A stretch of DNA of 63,621 bases, counting the filler, from Nemertoderma westbladi (Eukaryota; Animalia; Xenacoelomorpha), in NCBI GenBank assembly GCA_032718475.1. It is 3 parts of 3 records of this genome, joined end to end, with 100 filler letters (N's around TTAATTAATTAA, not from the genome) between each part and the next. Parts side by side here need not be neighbours in the genome. Positions count along the whole stretch, not along the records: positions 50,316 to 63,621 come from JAUCBJ010003751.1; 2 more parts are not named here. One strand, 5' to 3'. Made by a program: the position numbers and the translations under genes. The first letter of the stretch is position 1. Each line of letters starts with the position of its first letter. The notes below the pieces were generated by a model. It saw only the letters and a list, made by a program, of their open reading frames with translations. It made no database searches and was not told the origin of the DNA. This document shows positions 51,193 to 63,621 of this stretch, piece by piece.

Positions 51193-53633
51193 TAGGTAGC
51201 ATATCCTTACGGTACACATGTAGGTAGCATTGCCTTACATGGTACACATGTAGGTAGCATTGCCTTACATGGTACACATGTAGGTAGCATTGCCTTACAT
51301 GGTACACATGTAGGTAGCATTGCCTAACATGGTACACATGTAGGTAGCATTGCCTTACATGGTACACATGTAGGTAGCATTGCCTTACATGGTACACATG
51401 TAGGTAGCATTGCCTTACATGGTACACATGTAGGTAGCATTGCCTTACATCGCCTTACATGGTACACATGTAGGTAGCATTGCCTTACATGGTACACATG
51501 TAGGTAGCATTGCCTTACATTGTACACATGTAGGTAGCATTGCCTTACATGGTACACATGTAGGTAGCATTGCCTTACATGGTACACATGTAGGTAGCAT
51601 TGCCTTACATCGCCTTACATGGTACACATGTAGGTAGCATTGCCTTACATGGTACACATGTAGGTAGCATTGCCTTACATGGTACACATGTAGGTAGCAT
51701 TGCCTTACATGGTACACATGTAGGTAGTATCGCCTTACATGGTACACATGTAGGTAGCATTGCCTTACATGGTACATATGTAGGTAGCATTGCCTTACAT
51801 GGTACACATGTAGGTAGCATTGCCTTACATGGTACACATGTAGGTAGCATTGCCTTACATGGTACACATGTAGGTAGCATTGCCTTACATGTTACACATG
51901 TAGGTAGCATTGCCTTACATGGTACACATGTAGGTAGCATTGCCTTACATGGTACACATGTAGGTAGCATTGCCTTACATGGTACACATGTAGGTAGCAT
52001 TGCCTAACATGGTACACATGTAGGTAGCATTGCCTTACATGGTACACATGTAGGTAGCATTGCCTTACATGGTACACATGTAGGTAGCATTGCCTTACAT
52101 GTTACACATGTAGGTAGCATTGCCTTACATGGTACACATGTAGGTATCATTGCCTTACATGGTACACATGTAGGTAGCATTGCCTTATATGGTACACATG
52201 TAGGTAGCATTGCCTAACATGGTACACATGTAGGTAGCATTGCCTTACATGGTACACATGTAGGTAGCATTGCCTTACATGGTACACATGTAGGTAGCAT
52301 TGCCTTACATGGTACACATGTAGGTAGCATTGCCTAACATGGTACACATGTAGGTAGCATTGCCTTACATGGTACACATGTAGGTAGCATTGCCTTACAT
52401 GGTACACATGTAGGTAGCATTGCCTTACATGGTACACATGTAGGTAGCATTGCCTTACATCGCCTTACATGGTACACATGTAGGTAGCATTGCCTTACAT
52501 GGTACACATGTAGGTAGCATTGCCTTACATTGTACACATGTAGGTAGCATTGCCTTACATGGTACACATGTAGGTAGCATTGCCTTACATGGTACACATG
52601 TAGGTAGCATTGCCTTACATCGCCTTACATGGTACACATGTAGGTAGCATTGCCTTACATGGTACACATGTAGGTAGCATTGCCTTACATGGTACACATG
52701 TAGGTAGCATTGCCTTACATGGTACACATGTAGGTAGCATTGCCTTACATGGTACACATGTAGGTAGTATCGCCTTACATGGTACACATGTAGGTAGCAT
52801 TGCCTTACATGGTACATATGTAGGTAGCATTGCCTTACATGGTACACATGTAGGTAGCATTGCCTTACATGGTACACATGTAGGTAGCATTGCCTTACAT
52901 GGTACACATGTAGGTAGCATTGCCTTACATGTTACACATGTAGGTAGCATTGCCTTACATGGTACACATGTAGGTAGCATTGCCTTACATGGTACACATG
53001 TAGGTAGCATTGCCTTACATGGTACACATGTAGGTAGCATTGCCTAACATGGTACACATGTAGGTAGCATTGCCTTACATGGTACACATGTAGGTAGCAT
53101 TGCCTTACATGGTACACATGTAGGTAGCATTGCCTTACATGTTACACATGTAGGTAGCATTGCCTTACATGGTACACATGTAGGTATCATTGCCTTACAT
53201 GGTACGCATGTAGGTAGCATTGCCTTACATGGTACACATGTAGGTAGCATTGCCTAACATGGTACACATGTAGGTAGCATTGCCTTACATGGTACACATG
53301 TAGGTAGCATTGCCTTACATGGTACACATGTAGGTAGCATTGCCTTACATGGTACACATGTAGGTAGCATTGCCTAACATGGTACACATGTAGGTAGCAT
53401 TGCCTTACATGGTACACATGTAGGTAGCATTGCCTTACATGGTACACATGTAGGTAGCATTGCCTAACATGGTACACATGTAGGTAGCATTGCCTTACAT
53501 GGTACACATGTAGGTAGCATTGCCTTACATGGTACACATGTAGGTAGCATTGCCTTACATGGTACACATGTAGGTAGCATTGCCTTACATGGTACACATG
53601 TAGGTAGCATTGCCTTACACGGTACACATGTAG
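51193..53633 (+). repeat. 30-bp satellite, about 80 units
   Basis: Unit ggtacacatgtaggtagcattgccttacat. Confidence 0.97.
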
Positions 53634-54859
53634 ATCTCGTGCAGTTTGTTGCTTCCCCTGTTGTGTGCTGTTTATTGTTACGATTCTCTTTATATTTTGA
53701 AAGCGCTAATATGATGTGAAAAGTCTTTTCCCGTAGTTGAACTACTCCTATGTTATAATGTTCAAGTTGCTTTTTTCTCTGTTACGTAAGTACAGTTCGG
53801 TACGGTATATATATATACAGGTATATTATGTTTCTTTAATATTTTATTATTTTTCAATTGTTTTTTTTTATTGTATGATACATGATATATATAATAAGCT
53901 AATATAATCAGGCTAGTCAAGATAATTTTATGTTCATAAAACATATATATATTTATATATTTCGGAATTAAAATCACGATAACATACATATTTTGCATAA
54001 TTTACATATTTTGATTTAATACAATATGGGCTGTTAAAATATGGCTGAACTTTATTTTTCGAAAATTTTTCAAATTTCCAGTCGCCTTCTAGCGGCCATT
54101 GACTGGAACAAGATTTGCGGTTAAAATGCTACTAGTCATTCAATCTGTGGTGAAATTGTCAGAAAACAATTTTTTTCGAATTACGGAGGTGAGCTCCACA
54201 AAAGTTATAGAATAAAATTTTTCGTTTAGCTTGTTTATGAAAAATAATTAATATTTATTAATACAGTTTGGCAAAATTTTAACAAATTTTTGGCTTTAAT
54301 CTGAAAAATTGGCTGTAAAAACAGAAATATTAAAATTCCAACCGATAACTTAAAGAAATGACGAAACCCTTTCAAATGAGCCAAAAAATGAAAATTGGTT
54401 TAAAAATGGCGGAGGAGTAGTAATGTGAAAAATGAAAAATGTCACTCCGGCCTTCAAAGTTTAAACCTTCCTGCCAAAACTGGCTGTCTGTGGTCTGGTT
54501 GGTTAATCATTTCTGGCATGATAGAAGCACATCAGCGGGCTAAAACTTTCATTATGGGGGTTTTCGCTGATTTCATTTCCGATGATAGTTTTAAGTCTGT
54601 ATGTCGGTTGTCTGTCTTTCTTACAATTGACTGACAGACCATCGTAAAGAAAAACAGCGAAAACTCGAGAACTAAAAGAGGTTTCGCGAAGCGGTTTTCG
54701 GATTTGAAATCCTCATTAAATTCTGCTATAGATTAAATACTGTAGAAAACAGATATTTGACATTTTGACAGGGGGGAGGGGGGGGGGGGGGTACTCCGGC
54801 CTTTACAACAATCATTTTTAGCAAGTCGGTGCAAACGCTCAGCTAAATAATAGTTAACC

Positions 54860-55190
54860 ACTGTCGCCTCAAGAGGATCCACTACAACAGGTCTGTCTGT
54901 GAGGAGCGGAGGATCGAATTTACACCATTAGTGGGCACCACCGATGGCCTCTGGTGCACCCAGACCGAGATTGTAATCCGCCATCTCGCAGAAACGCTTT
55001 CCGCTAAGCGGGATGGCATGCGTGACAGGGGTCTCGCGTGTGTATTGGGGGGTATTCGGCGTCGATTGCTCTTCGCACTCATTCGCTCCAGCTCCCTCTA
55101 CCTGCGTGGGGGTCGAGGACCTTGGCGTGGCCTAGGGTTTGGTGATGGTGCGGGGTTACGGGGCTACAATCTGGCCGGGCAGTTCTAATG
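54860..55190 (+). mobile_element. 3' end of a non-LTR retrotransposon with a C-terminal restriction-like endonuclease (CRE-like)
   Basis: EFTPLVGTTDGLW...RHLAETLSAK...IRRRLLFALIRSSSLYLRGGR resembles the FTPLV..T.G...RLSFAL.R....LRG.R tail of these elements. Confidence 0.65.
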
Positions 55191-56382
55191 ACGTAGTGGA
55201 TTGAGCCATAACTATGGAAGACGAACTCAACTGCAGAGGACAAGATTACACTTCCGGCTGAACTCGTACACTACTATAAATTTAACTGGTTGAATTATTA
55301 ATGTGCTATATATTTAGAATTTTATTAATAAAATAATAGTTAACATTCTATAATAAAGACAAAAAAAAACACTAGAATTATAGCGATAAAATGTCTCTAA
55401 GTTTACACCTTAGTATTTTGGTAATATCTTTGGCAATTTTGGGTGAAATTTAAAACGGTTTTCAGATTCGGAATCTGCAGATGAAGGCGGTTCTCATAAT
55501 ATCTAGATGACACTATTAATCCGAAAAGTAAAGCCGGAGGAAGTGGCTAAATATTGCCAAATAGACTATATTTAACGGCTTGTATCGAAATAGCTCAGAA
55601 ATTGAAAAATCCAGTTATGCCAGCAGTAAGGAAAGTTGTCGAACTATCATTATACCAAATTTCTTAGCATATGATTGAAATTTGACTTACTACCGACTTA
55701 CTAAAAATGGTTGTTGTATTAAGGGAGACGGTGTAAATATATTAACTATTGTATTCATATTACGATATGAGCATAATGCGTTTTGTTACGTTATGTCAAC
55801 TTAAAGGCGTTCTGGTGAATTACTTGTAACGCTGCAAAGTACTACTTTGCAGCGTTACGGCCTATATGACGGAACGCTGCAAAGTAATCAATTACATGGA
55901 AACAACTTCAATTACCGTATTCCAGAATGTATTATTTCCATTTATATTAATGCGTGCTTCTATATTCAATAACGCAGTACGTGTTTGCATAATGCGTGCG
56001 TCCAGTTTGCAGTGACGGGACTAGCTATTGTATGTAAATAATTGTTTAACGTGTAAGACTATATTCCATTTGTCGAAACGTCCTGAAGACATTTTAGAGA
56101 AAATGAGCAAAGAAAATATGGCGTTAGTGTTCAGTAAATCTGAACGGACACAGACGGTGACTCAGTTTGCTTCAGTCGACGATGGATCAAAGATTTATCA
56201 CATCCATGCAGGAGATAACAACAATAAACTTTAATTAGATATAAATGTAGTACCCAGCACCTGCTAATTATTTACACTAATATTCGAACTAGTACATGAT
56301 TAAAATGTTCAAATGAGCATCCATAAAAACCTTTCTTCACATACCGAACGCTCATAAGTAGACATTATGTAACAAAATTACA

Positions 56383-56511
56383 TACATCATTGCTTGCAAA
56401 AGGTCACCCAGACCCTTGCTTATTTATGTAAACCTCCCTCGCTGCGCTCGCTCGGTACATAAATAAACTCGGGTCATAACGCTGCGAAGTGCACTTTGCA
56501 CACAATGATGT
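56383..56511. repeat. Imperfect foldback/MITE just 3' of the ACSF2-like stop codon
   Basis: Nested inverted pairs tacatcattg/caatgatgta, tgcaaa/tttgca, gaccc/gggtc and ttatttatgta/tacataaataa. Confidence 0.65.
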
Positions 56512-56538
56512 AAATAGTTATTTATTGTAGCATCCCAG

Positions 56539-58284
56539 CTACAAATTGAATTTCTTAATCATCTCTTCACAAAGAGCATGCTTCTTTACCTTCCCGGTCG
56601 CTGTCATTGGAAAATCTTCTCTAAATTCCACATATTCTGGAACTTTGTAATAGGATACTTTACCTTCCATGAATTTATTCACCGCAACCTCTGTCATATT
56701 CTCTCCTGGGTTCAGTTTAACTGATAGGGCTACTTTCTCACCCAAACGATCGTCTGGAACGCCGTAAACATAGGCCTGCTGAATTTTTGGGTGACTTAAA
56801 AGCAAATCTTCCAAGTCCAAGGAAAATATATTTGCTCCGCCCCGTATGATAAGATCTTTGAGGCGACCGCAAATAGTTACATAACCGTTGGCGTCCATTG
56901 TTGCTAGGTCACCGGTGTGCCACCAACCAGTAGGACTTAACGCCTCTTTGGTCTTATCTTCATTGGCCCAATAGCCTTGTGTCACGATATAACCTCGAAC
57001 ACACAACTCCCCAACTGTATCAACCGCAACTACATTATCATTTGGGTCTACTATTTGAACCTCAGATCCTTCTATAGGATAACCATCTTTCGTAGACCTC
57101 ATCTTTTCCATATCGTTGTAGTGACCACAGACAATTAACATAGAAGTTTCGGTCATACCGTAGCCACGTACAGCCGATGGCATGCCCCATTCCTTCGCGA
57201 TTTTTAAAAAGAAATCGTTGCCTACAGGAGCAGCGCCGATGGCAGCCGTAACTAGTGATGATAGATCGTAACTACTGGAGTCGTTGTACATGTCCATACA
57301 CATCGTAGGAGTAGCAAACAACAACGTGGCACTTTCCTTCTCAATACTTTCCATCAACTTAATAGCATCAAACATCGGTGAGGGGATTACAGCTCGCGAA
57401 TTGGCCACCAATGTCATGCAAATAACACCGTCGTAACCGAAGGCGTGAAAGAATTGTATCGGAGTAGCCTTTGTGTGATCTATGATCTCGCATCCTAAAC
57501 ACCGCGCCAAGGTAAACATGTTATCTAGAAGTTGATGGTGAGTTAAAAGTACGCCTTTCGGTACTCCGGTGGTTCCTGATGTGAATTGTATGTTCAAGGT
57601 AGAATCTGGGTTTATCGTTCGTTGTATTTTCGCTATTTTCTCCATTGAGTTCGAACCAGATGCGTTTCGAATCTCGTCTAGAATCCAACAACCGGGACGT
57701 TTAACTTCATCCATAAAAATAACGTGTTTTAAATTTGGTAAACGTTCAGAATTTAAATGACCCGGTTTCGATTCCAAGAGTTCAGGGCAAATGGATATTA
57801 AGTTGTCGTAATAACTGAGAGATTTTATTCCTGTATCAGCAAGTATGACTTTGGCCCCCACAACTTTCAATGCCGCTTCTAACTCTAATGGTGGACTAGC
57901 TATATTAAGGTTTACTACCACCAAACCGCAGCGGGCTGCTGCATACGCGCCAATCAGCCATTGTTTGGAACTAGGGCCATATATACCAATTCGATCACCA
58001 GGCTGCAGTCCTAACTCTAAAAAACCCGCCGCTAGTTTATCTGCCAATTCTAGAGTTTCACCAAATGTTAGCCGTACGTTTTCAGAAACGAACACAAAAG
58101 CTTCCTTGTCTCTTCCATTCAATGCTCGTTCCTCCAGTAACCCTCCCAAAGTTTGTCTCATATAAGGCGTCGATTTGGGATTGTGGAGGTAACTCGATGT
58201 CAAGGGAACTTTTCTATGAAATTTAGGCAATTCGTTGGTAGAAGAAAGTTTTCTAGTTATTACCCGTAAAATGTGACCCGACAT
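56539..58284 (-). CDS. ACSF2: Medium-chain acyl-CoA synthetase, ACSF2-like, probable mitochondrial transit peptide, intronless
   Basis: AMP-binding motif IQFTSGTTGVPKG, YGMTETS, GELCVRGY, WHTGDLA, GRLKDLIIRGG, PMTATGKVKK; Arg/Ser/Lys-rich N-terminus. Confidence 0.88.
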   Translation of the reverse strand: MSGHILRVITRKLSSTNELPKFHRKVPLTSSYLHNPKSTPYMRQTLGGLLEERALNGRDKEAFVFVSENVRLTFGETLELADKLAAGFLELGLQPGDRIGIYGPSSKQWLIGAYAAARCGLVVVNLNIASPPLELEAALKVVGAKVILADTGIKSLSYYDNLISICPELLESKPGHLNSERLPNLKHVIFMDEVKRPGCWILDEIRNASGSNSMEKIAKIQRTINPDSTLNIQFTSGTTGVPKGVLLTHHQLLDNMFTLARCLGCEIIDHTKATPIQFFHAFGYDGVICMTLVANSRAVIPSPMFDAIKLMESIEKESATLLFATPTMCMDMYNDSSSYDLSSLVTAAIGAAPVGNDFFLKIAKEWGMPSAVRGYGMTETSMLIVCGHYNDMEKMRSTKDGYPIEGSEVQIVDPNDNVVAVDTVGELCVRGYIVTQGYWANEDKTKEALSPTGWWHTGDLATMDANGYVTICGRLKDLIIRGGANIFSLDLEDLLLSHPKIQQAYVYGVPDDRLGEKVALSVKLNPGENMTEVAVNKFMEGKVSYYKVPEYVEFREDFPMTATGKVKKHALCEEMIKKFNL

Positions 58285-61200
58285 TGTAGTTCTGTAGTTA
58301 GATATCGATAATATAAAATATAATAATAATTAGTACAGTATAAAGGATACACAACTCAGCAACTGGGAAATGATTGGAATAATAACTAATTAAAAAATAA
58401 TGACACATACCTGCATACAGTGTACAGTAGTAGTACATAACATACTGTATACCTGCCTGCCTGTCTACTGGTCTAGTCTACTGTAGAACAGACAACAGCC
58501 AGACATCATATTGGTACAGTATATATATGCAAGGTATGAATGCCAATGCATCCATTCAGCCATTGCATAATTCGAAGAACACCCAATTGCCTTCACCCTT
58601 GGATAGACCTACCGGTACCTTCTGGCAGACTGGTGGATATTTCTGTATATGACTGTAAATGACAATTTGAATTTACGTCGCTTCAACTGGCTTAATTTAC
58701 TTAACACTTGTCCAGAGGTGCCTATTAATTGACCATTTTTCCAAAGATGACTTTTAATTGACTTAACATTAACGGCAAAATTGGAACGCTCTGCCTAATG
58801 AAATAAAAAACCTAAATAATCAACATTCTTTTAAATGTGCAGTTAAATCTCACCTCCGTGTGCAATAGGTACAATAGTCCTAGTAAGTTATTAGTTTATT
58901 AATTATTTACTATTTATACTGTAATTACGTTATACTGTATATTAAATTGTTCTGTACATTACATCTTTATCGTTGAGTCGGACATTGTCACGCTCTCGGT
59001 AAAGTTGTACATGTACATAGTGTAATTACGTTTTATATTGGTTTTAGGTTAGCAGTGTAATATTATATTTGTAACCGAGAGAAAGCCGCCCCAATATTAG
59101 ATTATTACAACAACATATCCATTGGGTAAGAAAGTGGAGGAGAGCCAGCCCATCTCTTAATTTTTTACTTTATATTACGCGATCAATTTTCACTCATCTC
59201 GTCATGAACCCAACATGTATGTAACCTTTTGTTAAATTTGTTGGCTATGCGTTTGCGGTTGTTTGGGCGGAGTGTGGTAGGCCTACACTTTTCACACTTA
59301 AATATTTTGGTTGTGAAATGTTACATGGCATAGCTATCTGAGATATTTCATTTATATTTTATTATGAGAGGAAGAAGAACATACAACGTTATTTACTATA
59401 TTATATGTAACGAAATAATTGTTTTCGGGTTTAACTTGGAAGTCTCCCCAAATAGTTGATATACAATTATATTTAAAATTATTTCCATGGTCATGGTCAT
59501 TCACCCGTCTTTAGTTAGAAATTTGTTTGCATGAAAGACAGTTTAGTTTAGTTTTTACTGATTTATTATCTCTTATCTGACTGGGGTAATAATAAAGGAT
59601 AGGATAAATGGAAGCAAAGTGTGACAGTAACAAATATTTCCCCGTCACCCTAGCATGTCTTAAGTATATGATATATCAAAGGGGGAAGTTTGGATTCACT
59701 GCATAAATGCAGTTCACCAAACTTCCCCCGAATGCACACTGTAACTTCCCCCTTCCCACAAATATCCACTGTTGAATTAATTTGAAGCGATATAATAAGT
59801 ACAAAATTGTGCGAGTTTTTAATTGTGTGGTCCAATTGTTATTTGATTTCTATTTATTATTTAAAGTGCATTTAATATCACACTGGTTTTTAGAATATTA
59901 TACTATACAACCTTATGTTTTATTAATTTACCCAATCGAAGCCTCATAAGGGCCGGTTATTTGTACGCATATCCCCTAATGCGCTCAGTAAGGTTCAAAC
60001 AACATATTAATATGAAAATAAAGTATCTGCAAAGAAAAGAACCCAATACTATATAATTTGACCTTATTAAAAAATTTGCACTTTTGCACACTTATTTGTA
60101 CAAATGCACTTTAGCAGATCGTAATGGTGGCTCTTATTTAACAAAATTATGTTTATCCTCTACCGATCTACGATGGTGTATGATCAAGTGTCAGTCGCTA
60201 AAAGTGTCAAAAATCCAATTTAATAAATCTGGATTTGCGATTTTGGACCATATTCATGGACATTTTTAAGTCACTTTATAGACATAAAAAGTTAAACAAA
60301 TGTTACGATTATAGTTAGAAATCATTCCAAACTTCATTTTAATCCAAAAAATAACATTCTACGATGAGTAGAACTGGAAATAACAGTGTTTGAAATATCG
60401 AAAAAATGTTCACTATTTAAGTGCATTTTGCACTAAGTGCACATAAGTCTTTTCCCAAGTTTTATCCTATTTCACATACTACAATCTATCCTCTATCCAA
60501 TGAAAAAAGTTTCAGATTAAACGGCCCTGTAGAACCGAAGTTATTTATGTTTAAAAATAGTCACTCGAAAATTTCAAATTCTCTTGGTCACATAGTCTAG
60601 TGGTTATCAATCACGTTAATGAAACCTAAGTTCGCGGGTTCGAAATCCAATATTGACCTGACCATTCTTAATTTTTTTGCAAAAAAAATTATTTTTATTT
60701 TTTCACTAAAATCGCTCTAACTTCGGTTCTGGTGGTCCAAATTCAATAAAATTGGTATATTCTTTGCCGTAATTTTTTTCTTAATCTTTTGAGAAGGGGT
60801 TATTTTTGGCCCCAAAAAAATTAAAAAAAAGGGCCAAAATAACGCGATATTTTTCGACCCTTAAAATTCGTAATTTTAATTATATATGTTAAGATAAAAG
60901 ATAGCGGAGTTAATTTGATACTTTTTACAGGTACTTTTGGCGCAATACGCTAAATTATAATGGAATAGCGATTTGTTAAAAAAAAATATTTTCGTCCCTT
61001 TTTATAAATATTATATTTCACACGATCGCCTGCCGCTCCAGTTTTATAATACCTCCGGCGCTGTGATTAACGCTGTTAGATAGATAAATTAACGCACTAT
61101 AAGTCTGTGTAAACAAATCTCCCGTAAGTTAAGTAGTTTTCGAGCTAGACGATTTCCCGCGAAGCAAGTTTGAAGCGCGAAATTATAATTTTGGCCCTCA

Positions 61201-62529
61201 TTTTTTTAATATCATCCTTGGAGCAAAACTGATAGCATATTTGAATTCCCCGTATGGATATTGACTGTATAGAATGTACCTTAACCAACTAAAGTTAAAA
61301 ATAAAAAATTATTCGATAAAAACTACTTTACAAATTCTGGCCCTTTTTGGCCCCTATTGCCGACATATTTTTTGTACCCCCATTCGATAGGAACGTAGCC
61401 CCAATGGTCTTCTACGAGTTTCATAAAAGAATTAGTGGATTCCTACCCGCGTTGTCGAATTAAACATTTCGGAAATAAGTTTTCCAAAAAAGACGGACAA
61501 AAACGTACAAATTTACAGCCCCTTTTTCCACCCGAAATTTTAATAAATATCTTACGGCCCCATTCGATACGAAGGTAGTACCACTCTTCCCCTTTCCAAC
61601 CGCGTTCCTTTCGTCCCCGTACGATTAATATTAGCCGAGTTATAGCGGATCCCGCAAAGTCATTTTGTCCGTTTTTTCAACTTTGACGGACATTTTCGTA
61701 AAAAAGGCGTGGTAATCTTTTTTGAAAAAAAAAACGAATTCACTAATTAATCCCTTCTATCGTATCCCGGCGTCGGCTAAGCAATAACCTAGGGTTTTTT
61801 CGAGCCACTGTAGAGCGCCTTCCAAAAAAATTTTAAAATTGTCGAAAAAATGACGGATTTTTGTCCGCCGTGTCCGTCGAAGGGTTAGATTTAATAATGT
61901 TAGAGTTGCTAATATATTAGAATTCCGAGCCGCTCCCCTGGTGAGAAAATAAAAAAATTTGGTCTGTTCCTTCATCGAAAAGTCCCCCAGAATCCCAAGT
62001 TAACCTATATAGTTAGCGATGGCCTGCGGCTTTAGGAGCGGCCGCGGTATTCACCTCCCTCATAGCGGCCGCGGCGGTGTTGCGTCAAATGGAGAAATAT
62101 TTATCCCACCAAGTAACATAAAGGACCCCCTTGGAAATAAGCTGCAAAGCTTTAGGGGTAATCCTATATGTTATGTTGGACAATACCTTTATACCGGTAC
62201 ATTGTTTGGTGTATTAGTTATTGTTTTTACATAATGTATAAATAAATATACAGTATCTATCTATCATTTTTCCAAAGATGACTTTTAATTGACTTAATAT
62301 TTTCCCAGAGGTGCCTATTAATCAGTGGAGGAGATATGTATTTGGGAGCGGGGGGTACATAAAGAGTATGAACTTTTTTAATTACTTTAATTTATTTATT
62401 TACTAAAATAACCTTTGTGGGGCGAGCCACAAAGTAAGCGAGTATGAGTGTGCGTATGTTATATGACAAACAAAAACCTTAAATCAGTTTCCAAAAACAT
62501 TCGTTCGAATTTCAGTCTGTTTCGTAAAA

Positions 62530-63042
62530 ATACATATAAGTTTTTCAATGTCACAATAATCTAAAACGTTTTTGTGCACATGACATACAGTTAAGTAGTT
62601 TTAGAGTTTCTGAGCCATCGTAGATCTCAACCAAGTTTTCAATCGGCGTAGGATGGAAAAGCTCCGCTCACATTCGCATGAAGATAAGGGCAAACCAGTA
62701 ATAGTCTTAGTAACTGAAATAGGGAAATAGGTTTTTCACGTCTGCTGACATTGCTTTATCAGATGACACAGCCTTACTTAGGGAACTGGATTTGGTAGAG
62801 CGATTGAACATTTTCAATTCAAGTTCAATAAGGCTGTCACCACTCAGTTCTGGATATTGACTAACAATCTCACGGTTAACTGTCCCAGTTGTTAAACATT
62901 TCTCTAACTCGATGTAATTTTTGATACTACTATTGTCCGGAGAAAATCTGTCACGTAAGTCAGAGAGTATGTTATTAGAGCCTGATATTGAATCACAGGA
63001 CTTGAATGAAGCCTCAGCTGATTGACTGATTGAGCTGAACAT
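62530..63042 (-). mobile_element. hAT transposase C-terminal dimerisation region, decayed
   Basis: Minus strand past the ORF reads PLSSCECERSFSILRRLKTWLRSTM..NYLTVCHVH; upstream LRDRFS. Confidence 0.85.
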
Positions 63043-63621
63043 TATACTTTTTACTAGAATAATTATTATATTATTTGGTTTAATAGAAATTAATAAATTA
63101 TTAATAAAGATTATATTATAAAAAATATTTTATAAAAAAACTGCCAAATTCGCGAAAAACCTCCGGTGAATCTCGTGACAAAATGAACAGAAATTAATTC
63201 GAGAAACTGACAGTTTTCTCTCTTAAATTAACTGGCATTTGTAATATCCTTTGATTCAGGGCATGTTTTATGAAATTTATACCGGTGGGCCAAATTTAAA
63301 AAAGGGCCCTTTTATATACCGAAATTTTATTTAGAAATTAAAATAGCCAATTAAACAATTAAAAATAGGTTAATTAATTAATTAAAATAGTAAAAGATAT
63401 TAGCTGCAAAGATATACAATTATAATGAATATTATTAACAACACAATTACGATATTAAACTATACTATTGAGTAATACGCCCATAACGCAAACCACGGAC
63501 AAATAACACTATATTGCAGTACGCCATTGTGTTTTCAATATTGGAGGGAATCCATTCCTATTGTATACGGTATACCCCAACTAAGGGCCCTCATATTTTG
63601 TTTCACTGGCAAAGTTACAGT

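Noticed and set aside
51098-53627. Cys/His-rich repeat ORFs
   Set aside because: Artefacts of the 30-bp satellite.
55827-55886. Perfect 14-bp hairpin taacgctgcaaagt/actttgcagcgtta
   Set aside because: Probably a transposon terminus remnant; there is no context to assign function, and bacterial-type terminators are not relevant here.
60590-60650. tRNA-like A/B boxes (tagtctagtggtt...ggttcgaaatcc)
   Set aside because: No cloverleaf pairing; too degenerate to call.

Overview
AT-rich, repeat-dense eukaryotic (animal, probably marine invertebrate) genomic scaffold with two N-padded gaps. Three recognisable host genes: the terminal exon of a fibrinogen-related-domain protein (- strand, about 2.5-3.3 kb), an intronless anion-type Cys-loop ligand-gated ion channel subunit (38764-39936 +) and an intronless ACSF2-like acyl-CoA synthetase (56539-58284 -). 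Most of the rest is transposon debris (about 8 pieces of one RTE-like LINE with a (TAG)n tail, plus Penelope, BEL/Pao, CR1/L2, CRE-like, MULE, hAT and Kolobok-like remnants and several MITEs) and minisatellites (60, 84, 33, 39 and 30 bp units). The most unusual object is a 4.7 kb element at 11904-16641. It has terminal inverted repeats, a 4-bp flanking duplication and inverted telomere-like subterminal arrays. It carries a decayed KDZ (Kyakuja-Dileera-Zisupton)-type transposase next to a DUF3987-like P-loop ATPase/helicase and an 84-bp array whose unit is related to a MITE family with 8-bp TSDs. All family assignments come from motif recognition by eye; no database search was run.
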